From positions 1,077,690 through 1,141,689 of the forward strand of contig CM082595.2 of NCBI GenBank assembly GCA_040954595.2: DNA of 64,000 bases, written 5' to 3'. Within the stretch, counting starts at the first letter, position 1. Each line of letters opens with the position of its first letter. The notes under the pieces are model-generated. The model searched no databases. It was not told where the DNA came from and saw only the letters and a program-made list of their open reading frames with translations. Both the position numbers and the translations under genes were made by a program. This document shows positions 20,861 to 32,400 of this stretch, piece after piece. The DNA is from Balanoglossus misakiensis. Taxonomy: Eukaryota > Animalia > Hemichordata.

Positions 20861-21757
20861 TTAACTATTTGTACCGAGCCTCTCCAGTTATTTCAACAAA
20901 ACACCTAAGAATATCCAGGGAGTGTTCATTGATCTTATGGAAGGGGGTGTGAAGAACTAAGGGTAGGTGGTGAAACCCACAAGCAGGTTTATTGTCATTG
21001 CAAGTCAAGATTGACAGATATTTCTTTGAGAGCAGCATAAACTTCAACTCTCAGAATTGCTGATATCAAAGATGAAATGCAATGAAATCTGTACTCTTGA
21101 GTTTTGTAGATGAGTATAGAGACACAGGATAGAATATTGCTTCAAAAATGTGTGTCTGCTATATAGTGATACCATTTTTGACAACACTGCTACAGAAGTG
21201 AAAACTGAGTGTTCTATTTACCAGTAAACCGACCAAAAGAGTTGCTATGAGACTCTCACATAAACAACCACATGACAAATCATTCCATGCTTTTCCATAT
21301 TTCCATACAATATCCCACACATACACACATAAGCAATATGATCTTCCAATAAATAGACAAGCTTGTAGTACTGCAAGCACCTGGCCACACACTGGCATAT
21401 AAAAACACATTTTGCACAGTTTAGATAAAAAGTGACATTTCAATAAAAATCTTAATATACATCTGAAACTCCTAAATTCCTTTCCTTTTGCAAAAGATGT
21501 TTACAAATTGTTGTTAGTGTCTATAAAAACTGTCAAGGTTAATAGTTGCTTTCGCATCCCATCATGTCAAAAACTTTTTTATATTTTACAAGCTTCTTTC
21601 CCCATCCAAATAACACACAAGCACATTCACTTGAAGTACAAATCTTTCTGGACTAGCCACTCACACAAATTCTCACAATGGGGAGTCTCAATCTTGTCAT
21701 GGGAAGTTTAGTGAGAGTCATGCATACACTCCAATGTTCACTGAAAAGTCCTTGGAT

Positions 21758-21932
21758 CAATACACTCTCTTTATAAGTCTAGCGCTTGCAGCCATTATGA
21801 ATTTGAACTGAAAGCGAGGCCAATAGGGAAAGTTGACCAATCACGTCAAGGGGATTTCCCTATTGGCCTCGCTTTGAGTTCAAATTCATCATGGCTGCAC
21901 GAAGGCGTCAGACTTATGAAAAGGGTGTACTG
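21758..21932. mobile_element. Palindromic MITE-like element (~175 bp)
   Basis: Inner arms TGCAGCCATTATGAATTTGAACTGAAAGCGAGGCCAATAGGGAAA (21787-21830) and its near-perfect inverse (21855-21899). Outer arms CAATACACTCTCTTTATAAGTCT / AGACTTATGAAAAGGGTGTACTG. A similar terminus occurs at ~5688-5710. Confidence 0.7.
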
Positions 21933-22324
21933 TATTTTGCATCCATTTTATTTTGATTATATTGCTGCATCTGTTGCTATGGACGACAGAACTGAAGAGC
22001 TGAGATACGCTTGGTGTAAAGATCCATCACACCATCTACCCATAATTCTTGAGGTGTCTTGCTTGGAAGGGAAATTGTTGACATTTATAAACGTGCATTT
22101 TGCAAACAGTACTTTACAATGACAGGCAGTTACATTCATCACCGAGTTGTGTTCAATCCAAGAAAAACATCTTAACAAATATAAACTACAGTGATCTGCT
22201 ACACAAATATAAAACTACATAAACGTCTGTCTAGGGCTTCTTAAAGTATGGAATAAAAATTCTGGGATAAAAATTCAGTTTTCGAGACAAGATGGTCTCT
22301 GAGTGCGCATGAGCATGATATTTA

Positions 22325-22362
22325 TCACATGACTATCATGTGACTATCACATGACTATCACA
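22325..22362. repeat. 11-bp tandem repeat ATCAC/TA/GTGACT (~3.5 copies, E-box containing)
   Basis: atcacatgact atcatgtgact atcacatgact atcac, immediately 3' of the stop codon of the acidic repeat gene. Confidence 0.7.
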
Positions 22363-22374
22363 CGATGCAGCATT

Positions 22375-25240
22375 TTAAGATTCTTGCTTCTGTTCTTTCT
22401 GTTCAGTGACTTCACCGTTGCTTGTTTTCTGTCGTTTAACGAATTCTTCTCCTTCCTGAAAAACAGAAAAAAAATTGTCAGCAATGATAATAATTAACTG
22501 GTAATTCTGTAACTCTGGTGTTTATATGTTTTCTCAACTATGTCCACAGCAATGCAAAGTTGCAGATCCGCATGTTTATGCATTAAAATAGAACGTGAGA
22601 CCGAATCTTACGCACCTTAACTGTTTCTGTCATGGTATGAGTACGTTTCACCCCCTTCTCTTCTTCTGCTTCTTCTACAACTTCTTCCTCATCTTTCTTC
22701 TCGCTACGTTTAGAATCTTCACTAAAACCTTCCCTCTCTAAGAACGCCTGTCCTTCTTCTGCAGTGGCAGCCATTGTTGTTGTTCTTTGTACACCTGGTT
22801 TATCTTCATCTTCTTTGGCAGATTCTTTGTCTTCTGTTTTTTCTTGCGCCGCTACGATCGCTTTAGTCTGTGATCGACTTTCTCCTACTACAGTGTCGCC
22901 AATGAATTCTTTTCCAGCCTGAGAAGTACAAACAATTAAAGATATGAGTCTGGCCTATTGTAAAGCATTGTCTACGGGGAAGTTTTTGCTGGCTGCCTAC
23001 ATTCTAGGGCTTCAGAAACTCGGTGTGTTTTGAATCTTGGTGCTTTTGTCACTCCAACTTACCTTTGCTGTATCAACCATTGTTGTGTCTCTTTGGATTT
23101 TGGGAGGCTCTTCTTCTTCTGTTATTTTTTCTATTTCTTTTTGTTGTGCCCTTGTTTTTGCACTTTCATCTGGTTTCCCTGTTGATTCGAGGAAAGCTTC
23201 TCCTTCCTGGAATAGATTCAAAATCCGATTTGAACGCTACTCATCAATTCTTTATAAAGTGTCACTGGTGACAAGGCAACATTGTTACATTTTAATCGAA
23301 AAAACTCAGTGGGTACTTACTTTGACCCCTTAGCACACCACATTATAATAGAACGAGGATTTACAGTAAGTTTCAGTCAAGGTTGAGTTCAATCATTTCT
23401 TTAGTAACCACACAAAACCTTACCTTGACTGTTTCAACCATGGTAGTGTCTCGTACAACTTTTGGTTTATCATCGCCGTCTTCTCCTGCATCTAGTCCTT
23501 GTGCTTTTAGCAAATCATCAGCACCAGAATCTTTCAAATATTGGATTCCCTCCTGAAAATAAAGACAGTAAAATTTGTCTAAAGCAAACAGCAAAGGGAT
23601 TGAAGAAATTGTTCGGTTTGCAGAGGTGTCTGGTTTATAGAGGTTCCATTGGGACAGGAAAAGGTTTTCTGTATAGCCAGGTTTCTAGATTAGAGAGGGT
23701 TCAGTTTATACAGGTTTTATTGTACACACATAATATAGTTGACTGTTGTTGCCATCTTGTATACGTAATACTACACTATGATATCTGGGTCCCTGAAACA
23801 ACTTTAAAAATCAGCTGCATTTTGTGTAGTCTGGACCTGACAGACAAAACCTGGTATCTATATTAAAGCTGTAATCCTGGACTTGTTTCATACAAAGGTC
23901 ACTATTTGTCTGTTGCAGGTCACTTCGGCTAGAATCCTTGATCCAGAACGCAAACAATACACTTCACAACATTCTTTACAGTTAGACATTGTCAGTTAGA
24001 CTTAAACTCATTATAATTTCACACCATACATAATTATCACATCATTAGCGTATAATATCTTGTGAAATTATTCTTGTTCTGGTTTGAACTCCACAACTAT
24101 GTCCACGCATACCATGCCAGTACAGCCACGGCCCAGTCATTGTGTAAACAACAGCCGTAAACAACAAAGGCGTCCATCCATGACTGTTAGAATCTCCACA
24201 TAATACTTAGCAGATGACAATGGCTACAATGAACGCATTCAAACCGGCTCACTGTCTCTGACTGTCAAACGACCTGGCCACTTTCGATATCGCTCGTTTT
24301 ATTTCTAAAATAAACACGCGAAGCTTTCTTCCAACTAAATTTACATGACTTGTAACGTAACTGCACCTTATTGAACATAATTATAAACGGGAAATCGGAC
24401 AACATTCAATTAATCGTTTTATGTCACTGTCAGATTTCCCAAACTGGGTGCTGGTTACGGGCGACGATCACCGATTAGTAAACTGTGATCACAAAGTAAC
24501 TGCCAATATGTTCGTTTCACTTCAAATTGCATTTCATCAGTTTCAACGTAATCGAAAATCGATTATCTTTAAGACATTACCCGGGTGCGTCTGTAAGGCG
24601 CAAATGACGCGACAAAGCCTTGTAAAATAAAGAGCATTGATTGAGTGAATCCAGATCTCACAAAAGTGAGAACAAAGACATTGAGAACAAAACTTCGCGA
24701 ATGAAAACCGCTGATTTGTACAACAGATGCACGATTTATACCGATATACAAAATAAGAACACAAGCGGTCATGCAAAGGCTAATAAAACCCAGTAATACG
24801 CTCGTGTATGATTGCGACGGGTTACAAAATATCCAAGTTGGCGTTTTTATGGAAGCTATACTCATGGCCTGCATATATTATGTTGAGTGAGATGTTTATT
24901 GACGAAGACGGATTTGAGGAAAAGCATCTAGATGTGGATGAATTCGACATAACATGTCTCAAATGAACTGTTGCGTGGATAAATTAAACCCAGGCGGTTA
25001 TAATTAGAGTGCGCATGAAAGTAGACGATAAACAGAAAGCGTTAAATTATGATGGCGTTTCACTTAAGTTGTCTTCTAGCCATATTTAGCACACAGAGAA
25101 GCCAAAGAACAAAGGTACTAACCGAAAGCAGAAGCGAAAAACACCCGGAAAATTGTGCGTTTTTTCGACAAGAACTACATTACCTGAGCTGTAACTTGCA
25201 TGGTTGAATCACGTTTCATTTGTGGTGCTTCTTCTGCCAT
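22375..25240 (-). CDS. Uncharacterised 237-aa acidic protein with five copies of an RxxTMxxTxxEGxxF motif
   Basis: Exons 25240-25184 (19 aa), 23552-23424 (43), 23206-23063 (48), 22918-22616 (101) and 22455-22375 (26 plus stop), all joined by phase-0 GT-AG introns. The repeated motif supports coding status. Confidence 0.85.
23595..23726. mobile_element. Fragment of a TACAGTAAAACCT-type (Tc1/mariner-like) MITE
   Basis: The reverse complement resembles 30560-30680 (TACAGTAAAACCT...TAATCTGGAAACCTG.CTATAC). Confidence 0.4.
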
Positions 25241-26527
25241 TGTAGTACTTCTATAGTGATGCCAAAACCCGGTAAATTAGAGTAAAATTTGCTATAAGTG
25301 TGCGTGTATATACACAGTGTACACAATTTGACAACTACAAGGGTCATACGGCCACCTGCTTAATTGTATATTTCATCTGGTCACATGATGGCAAAATGAA
25401 TAGTTGATTGGTTCATTTGCCAAACGCTTTGCTGTTGATTGGTTTCTTTGTAAAAGAGGTGGAGTTTATTTTCGCGGTATTTGTGTAGAGTACTATATAT
25501 GTCAAGAAAGCCGAAAATGTGTTAAGAAAGCCGAAACAAATGAAATTTTAAAGCAGACAAGCGATATTGGATTCATTATCTTACAAGTATTGGTGTAGGT
25601 GGTAATTAAACGAGATTCAATTTTATTTAATTGCTGTAAACTGGCTGAATAGACCATGGTTGAAATCGACAAGCCGTCCGCATAGTACTGTTAGTAGTAC
25701 ATGTGACAGACGCTCAAAGTGAAATTTGCATACAGACGAGGAACTTTGTTTACATGTTAGGACATGCCCATTACAGCTGACGTCACTAAACAGATTGAAT
25801 CAGCGGCTGGCACTACGCGACCTGTGTTGACCTCATTCATCATCGGTGTTTAGTAACCAGCACGATTCTTGCAAACAGGGCAAAAAGAGCTTTGGTTTCA
25901 GTTTTTTTTTAATTTCCATAATAGTATACCCCGTTTGTTTGGCATTAGAGGGTCGCCGGCCAGAGCGTTTACGTTCGCAGATTTTTCAGAAACTGACACG
26001 AAATGTATTCGTTTTCAGGCACATATGTTGATCAACCCAGTCTTGCTGTATTTGATCACTTTTCTGAGATACGCCGATACATCATTCTGAAGTGACGCTT
26101 TTAGGTCAGCGTTTGACCTGGTGTAAAGTTGTGACCAACGTGGATGCTTGCTGCTGCGGTTCCAGTCCCCCCCCCCCCGTCTGTAGGTTGTTTTGATAAT
26201 GGATGGATGTCAAAAGTAACTTTATAAACTTTTCAAGTGCTACTACATTTTCATGAACTCTTTTTAATCTACCAAACACACTTCTGCAAAATGTGTCATT
26301 ACAATAAATTGGTAAAGGAAGAGAAGTGGGTTTGGGAGGTGGTGTCCCGCTCCCACGTAAGAGAATTTTATAAAATATAGAGCTCTAAGCTGCATTTTAA
26401 TGAACTAAAAAGCAAATTAACACAACTATGTTGAATTGCGATGTATAAGTATTCGGGTTTTTTTTGCGATAAAAGCACAAAAAATGATGTACCGGTCGAT
26501 CCAAAGATTTCCCTACAACAAGTTTTC

Positions 26528-28800
26528 ATTTTCCTCATTTTTGTTTATTTGTTAAAAATGTACGACTATCGACTTTATATTGTAATCCCCCTTCTTATGA
26601 AATTGCGAGTGTAAAATAAAACTTTTAAGTTGTAAAAACTCTCGGACAGTCCGAAAAAAACGGGCCATGGACCGGCCGCCATTGATCCCAGAGTCCTTTG
26701 CGGAAGAGTAGCCGGACACCCCCAGATAGAATAGAACAATCTCGACCGCAAAGGACTCTGGGATCAATGGCGGCCGGTGCTTTTGTTTATTTTTTTACAA
26801 ATGTACGACTATCGACTTTATATTTTAACCCACACCTTCTAATGAAACGGCGAGTGTGAAATAAAACTTTTAAGTTGTGAAAACTCTCGAACAATCCGAA
26901 AAACACGGTCCATGGACCGGCCGCCATTGATCCCAGAGTCCTTTGCGGAAGAGATTGTTCTATTCAATCTGGGGGTGTCCGGCTATGTTTCTAGCGCCCT
27001 CAACACATTTACATTTTCCTCACTTTTGTTTATTTTTTACAAATGTACGACTGTCGACTTTATATTTTAACCCACACCTTCTAATGAAATGGCGAGTGTG
27101 AAATAAAACTTTTAAGTTGTAAAAACTCTCGGACAACCCGAAAAACACGGTCCAAGGATCGGGCCACGGAATGGCCGCCATTGAACCCAGAGTCCTTTGC
27201 GGAAGAGATTGTTCTATTCAAAATGGCGGTGTCCGGCTATGTTACTAGCGCCCCCAACACGTTTACATTTTCCTCACTTTTGTTTATTTTTTACAAATGT
27301 ACGACTATCGCCTTTATATTTTAACACACACCTTCTAATGAAATGGCGAGTGTGAAATAAAACTTTTAAGTTGTGAAAACTCTCGAACAATCCGAAAAAC
27401 ACGGTCCATGGATCGGCCCATGGACCGGCCGCCATTGATCCCAGAGTCCTTTGCGGACGAGATTGTTCTATTCAATCTGGGGGTGTCCGGCTATGTTTCT
27501 AGCGTCCCCAACACGTTTACATTTTCCTCACTTTTGTTTATTTGTTAAAAATGTACGACTATCGACTTTATATTGTAATCCATCCCTTCTAACGAAGTGG
27601 CGAGTGTAAAATAAAACGTTTAAGTTGTGAAAACTCTCGAACAGTCCGAAAAACACGGGCCATGGACCGGCCGCCATTGATCCCAGAGTCCTTTGCGGAA
27701 GAGTAGCCGGACACCCCCAGATAGAATAGACAATCTCGTCCGCAAAGGACTCTGGGATCAATGGCGGCCGGTCCTTTTGTTTATTTTTTTACAAATGTAT
27801 GACTATCGACTTTATATTTTAACCCACACCTTCTAATGAAATGGCGAGTGTGAAATAAAACTTTTAAGTTGTGAAAACTCTCGAACAATCCGAAAAACAC
27901 GGTCCATGGACCGGCCGCCATTGATCCCAGAGTCCTTTGCGGAAGAGATTGTTCTATTCAATCTGGGGGTGTCCGGCTATGTTTCTAGCGTCCCCAACAC
28001 GTTTACATTTTCCTCACTTTTGTTTATTTGATAAAAATGTACGACTATCGACTTTATATTGTAATCCATCCCTTCTAACGAAATGGCGAGTGTAAAATAA
28101 AACGTTTAAGTTGTGAAAACTCTCGAACAGTCCGAAAAACACGGGCCATGGACCGGCCGCCATTGATCCCAGAGTCCTTTGCGGAAGAGTAGCCGGACAC
28201 CCCCAGATTGAATAGAACAATCTCGTCCGCAAAGGACTCTGGGATCAATGGCGGCCGGTCCATGGGCCGATCCATGGACCGTGTTTTTCGGATTGTTCGA
28301 GAGTTTTCACAACTTAAAAGTTTTATTTCACACTCGCCATTTCATTAGAAGGTGTGTGTTAAAATATAAAGGCGATAGTCGTACATTTGTAAAAAATAAA
28401 CAAAAGTGAGGAAAATGTAAACGTGTTGGGGGCGCTAGTAACATAGCCGGACACCGCCATTTTGAATAGAACAATCTCTTCCGCAAAGGACTCTGGGTTC
28501 AATGGCGGCCATTCCGTGGCCCGATCCATGGACCGTGTTTTTCGGGTTGTCCGAGAGTTTTTACAACTTAAAAGTTTTATTTTACACTCGCCATTTCATT
28601 AGAAGGTGTGGGTTACAATATAAAGTCGATAGTCGTACATTTTTATCAAATAAACAAAAGTGAGGAAAATGTAAACGTGTTGGGGGCGCTAGAAACATAG
28701 CCGGACACCCCCAGATTGAATAGAACAATCTCTTCCGCAAAGGACTCTGGGATCAATGGCGGCCGGTCCATGGACCGTGGTTTTCGGGTTTTCCGAGAGT
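26528..28800. repeat. Complex tandem and inverted array of ~245-bp units (fold-back structure)
   Basis: About seven forward units (26528-28189) followed by about 2.5 inverted units (28190-28800). Unit core: AAATGTACGACTATCGACTTTATATT...CCATGGACCGGCCGCCATTGATCCCAGAGTCCTTTGCGGAAGAG...GGGGGTGTCCGGCTA. Confidence 0.95.
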
Positions 28801-28993
28801 TCATTATTCGGATATTAAGATGATATTAAGATGTCATGCTATTCGGCAATAAACTCCGATTCTTCCAAAACTTTTCAAAGTATATTACGTACACACTTTA
28901 GTACCACTTTGGCAGTAAATAGCATTTGATTTTCAACCCATAAGAAGATCCTGGGGAGCTGTGTGGGGGCGCTGTAATGTTTACAATCTTGCC

Positions 28994-29008
28994 GTCTCTA
29001 TTGACAAC
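28994..29008 (+). promoter_or_regulatory. Candidate RFX X-box upstream of the ciliary ODAD1-like gene
   Basis: GTCTCTATTGACAAC resembles GTNNCC(N)ATRGNAAC. A YY1-like CAGCCATTTT follows at 29041. Motif match only. Confidence 0.4.
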
Positions 29009-29449
29009 GTAGTACAGAAAACAATCATTGCATCCAAGAGCAGCCATTTTGGAAGGACCAAACTGAAAGGTACATCATTACGGTTAGTATAAATACATTT
29101 CTAAGTTCATTATATCGACACGAGTAGAATGAGCTTGACATTTTCATTGATACGAAAAGATCGTGATTCACTGGCAAGTCTGAATCAAGATTCCCTCAGA
29201 CAGCAGTTGACTGAACGGATCGGTTTGGAATTTGTACATTTCACTTGTAACTAACATGTCACATTAACTTTAAGTTGGTGATCGAAATATCCACGAGAGC
29301 TGTTCTGATGAGCCAGTGGTCCCCACTACTGTCTGTATGATCATCATATCAGTGCGCAGTGAAAATGTCAATTCAAAATTACATATTTCATTATGTGATT
29401 TTTGTTTTATTCAGATCTTCGTTTTGTAAACCAGTGAAGTTGATCCAAG

Positions 29450-32400
29450 ATGCCTCGTGGGGGACCTCGCTCTGCAAGCCGACGCTCTGATACCAGTGAT
29501 GTTGATGCAGATCAACAACTGGGTAAGTGCCAACCTCAACTCGACCTCATTTCACACTCATTTTCAATTTAATAACTTTGCCACTTACTGTATGCGGACC
29601 CGATGTTAGACCACAGTTTGTCTAGAGATAACAGCCAAGAAGGTGCATCTTGTTAAAATGCTATATACAGATACAAATCAAGGAAATTATGTTGTATATG
29701 CTAATGTTACACATCTTATATTTTCCCACTTTAGCTGAGAATGAGTTGGCCAAACTGCAACGCCAGTATCGAATCATGGAAGGTGATCGCAATGCTTACA
29801 ATATTGAATCACAAGACATTATCCGGCGTCAGATGTAAGTATTTTCCTAAGTGAGAGTCATTTCAAAAGTTGTGAGTTTACTTGATTATTTGAGATATCA
29901 TAATGACCAGAATTATAACTTTGTTTGGTACTGTCATTCCTCACCATGCTGATCACTAAACCATTGAAATCCTTTCTGTCTTTACAGGGCTGAGATCAAG
30001 AAACTGGAGAGAGAAAAGGGAGAACTAAACAAAGATTATCAGCTCTCTGACAGCAATTCCAATGTGTCAAGGGATGACAACAATATCAAACAATTGCAGG
30101 ATCTCTGTGAACAGAAAGGTAAATCATGCCAACTACTGTTTTGAATAACAAAATAACAAAATACTGAGCAAGTCTTATGTTTTACCGAGTAGAACAAGAA
30201 ACCACAGTTGATACCTGAAACATAAATACTGAGAAAATAGCCAAAGTTGGAGTTCTTGGTTTGGAATGTAACTGTACATTGATAAGAAACAAAAATGTAT
30301 ATGTCTGTGATCAAATTAAATAAATTTACAAATACCAAGTAATGATTGTGTATTTCTGCAGATGACTATGAGAAACGCATCGAAGAAGAAAAAGAAAAAC
30401 AGAAAGAATTGGATGCCAAGATTCAGTCGAATGAAAGAGAAGTGAAGAAACAACACAAACAGATGGGAGGTGTACACGCCAGCGCTGCTCATACAAAGCA
30501 AACCATGAAAAACATCCAAGTGTTGGAAAATAGACTGGATAAGGTAAAATCTTCATGTCATACAGTAAAACCTATCTAATCTGGAAACCTGTCTATACTG
30601 AACATCTTTTTCAGTCCCTTTACAGAGAACCATGTTTAACCTCTGTAAACTGGACAGGGACAACTCTGCTAACCGAACAGACTGATCAATCAATTCATCA
30701 ATCAATCAATCAATCAGTAACCACAGATACATTGAAATGTCATTATCACAGGCCAACAGGAAGTTCAACCAGATGCTGACTCAGAATGCTAAGCTGCGTG
30801 AGGAAATTGACTCTCTGCGTGTGGAGAAGGCACGGTTTGATGGAATTAGTAAGAAACTACAGAAGGTAAGAAATCAGAATGATCATTAAAGCTGCAAGCA
30901 GCGTTGAAGGGGCCCAAGCATAGTGTGAATAACCATTAGACTCCATTCAGTGTTGTACAATTCAAATGCGTAGGCTGTATTTGCTCTCGATGTTGAGATA
31001 TTGGGAAGTAGGCAACCACCCGAAATGCATGTCCTACAAGTACAAACACAACAACCAAAGGTGAACTTCTACGTTGTAAGTACTTCAGTAAGTACATCAA
31101 AGGTCAGCTGAGGTACCCAAAATTGGGACAAAAATTAGGATTCTCTTTTGGTTCATATTCAAGACAACGGAAAATCCCCGCCCTTTGGGTTTGTCAAATT
31201 AGATATGGCCATAATAATGAGTTACGCAAGTAAGTTACAGGTGGCCCCAGGAATTTAGCATTTCATGACACAGAGGGTCCTACCCTACCCCTCCAAACAC
31301 CTGGCTATATATGATGTGCATGCTAACATATGGAAAGCAGGTCAATGGACACCTGACGTCACCCAAAAATTTGACAATAAATTGTCATTCCTGTTTATGT
31401 CATGTGCAACAAATCATGCATCTGCAGCCCTTCCACTTTGCCTACCATTAGGTATACATGTAATACATGAATCAAGCAGGTGTCACAGGTATCCCCTTGT
31501 ATTTGGCATTTCATGATAATTTCATCCCTCCAAATACCAAAGCTGCACCTGTACAACGTGCTGAGATGTGGCACTGTACGACAGAGGTCATCCAAATCAC
31601 CTTATACGTTTGGGCAAAAATCAACTGACACACATTCGTCCCTGTGGAACAAAAACCACACATATCGCCCCGTTGGTTAGTGTAAAATTAAATGTACAAA
31701 ATCAATGACTTTGGCAGGTGCAACAGGTGACCCCGCCTTTGGTATACCATTATGGTCCTATCCGTATATCCCCCCACTCCAAACCTGCATGCATCTGCTT
31801 TTATTCACTAAGCAAAAGCAGGTGAAATGTCACATAAGGTCGCCCACAACTTGACAGGAAAATCGGACTTCATATTGATCCATGTGCAACAAAAATCACG
31901 CTAGCATCCCTTTCATTGACCCCACAATTACGCATGCACATAATTGAGTTACGCAGGTGACCCCCGAAACGGGCGTATTATTTTGGTCCCATACAGCTGC
32001 ATGAACCTACGTGCGATTACGGGCGACCTGATAACCCCCACGGCCACCTGCGAGCCGACCCCCATACTGAACATCCAGTTGCAATGTCTTGACTGAAGTA
32101 GGAACTTTTGAACGGCAACGAAGCCTGATCTCTGATTATTGCTGGTACCATACTCCCTTCGTGCAAGAAAATCACTGGTCTGCTTACGTATTCGGCCGAT
32201 TTCCCGAACTAATACCCACTACATGTGACTACCATGCTAATGAAACCTGACTCGCCCATTAGCGACTGAGGGTCAAAGTCCACTGCCGCAATGTTAACCA
32301 GTGTAGCCGGGTCTGGATAGAAACATTTGAACGGCAACAGCTAACAAACTCAGCGTACTTCAATAAAACGCCCTAACACAGACTGAACTCTGATAATGTG

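Noticed and set aside
26552-28275. Repeated short minus-strand ORFs (MIPESFA...)
   Set aside because: By-products of the repeat unit. Frames differ between copies through indels and there is no splice or homology support.
26528-28800. CRISPR-like array
   Set aside because: Units are about 245 bp and similar along their whole length, with no unique spacers and no cas genes; the context is eukaryotic.
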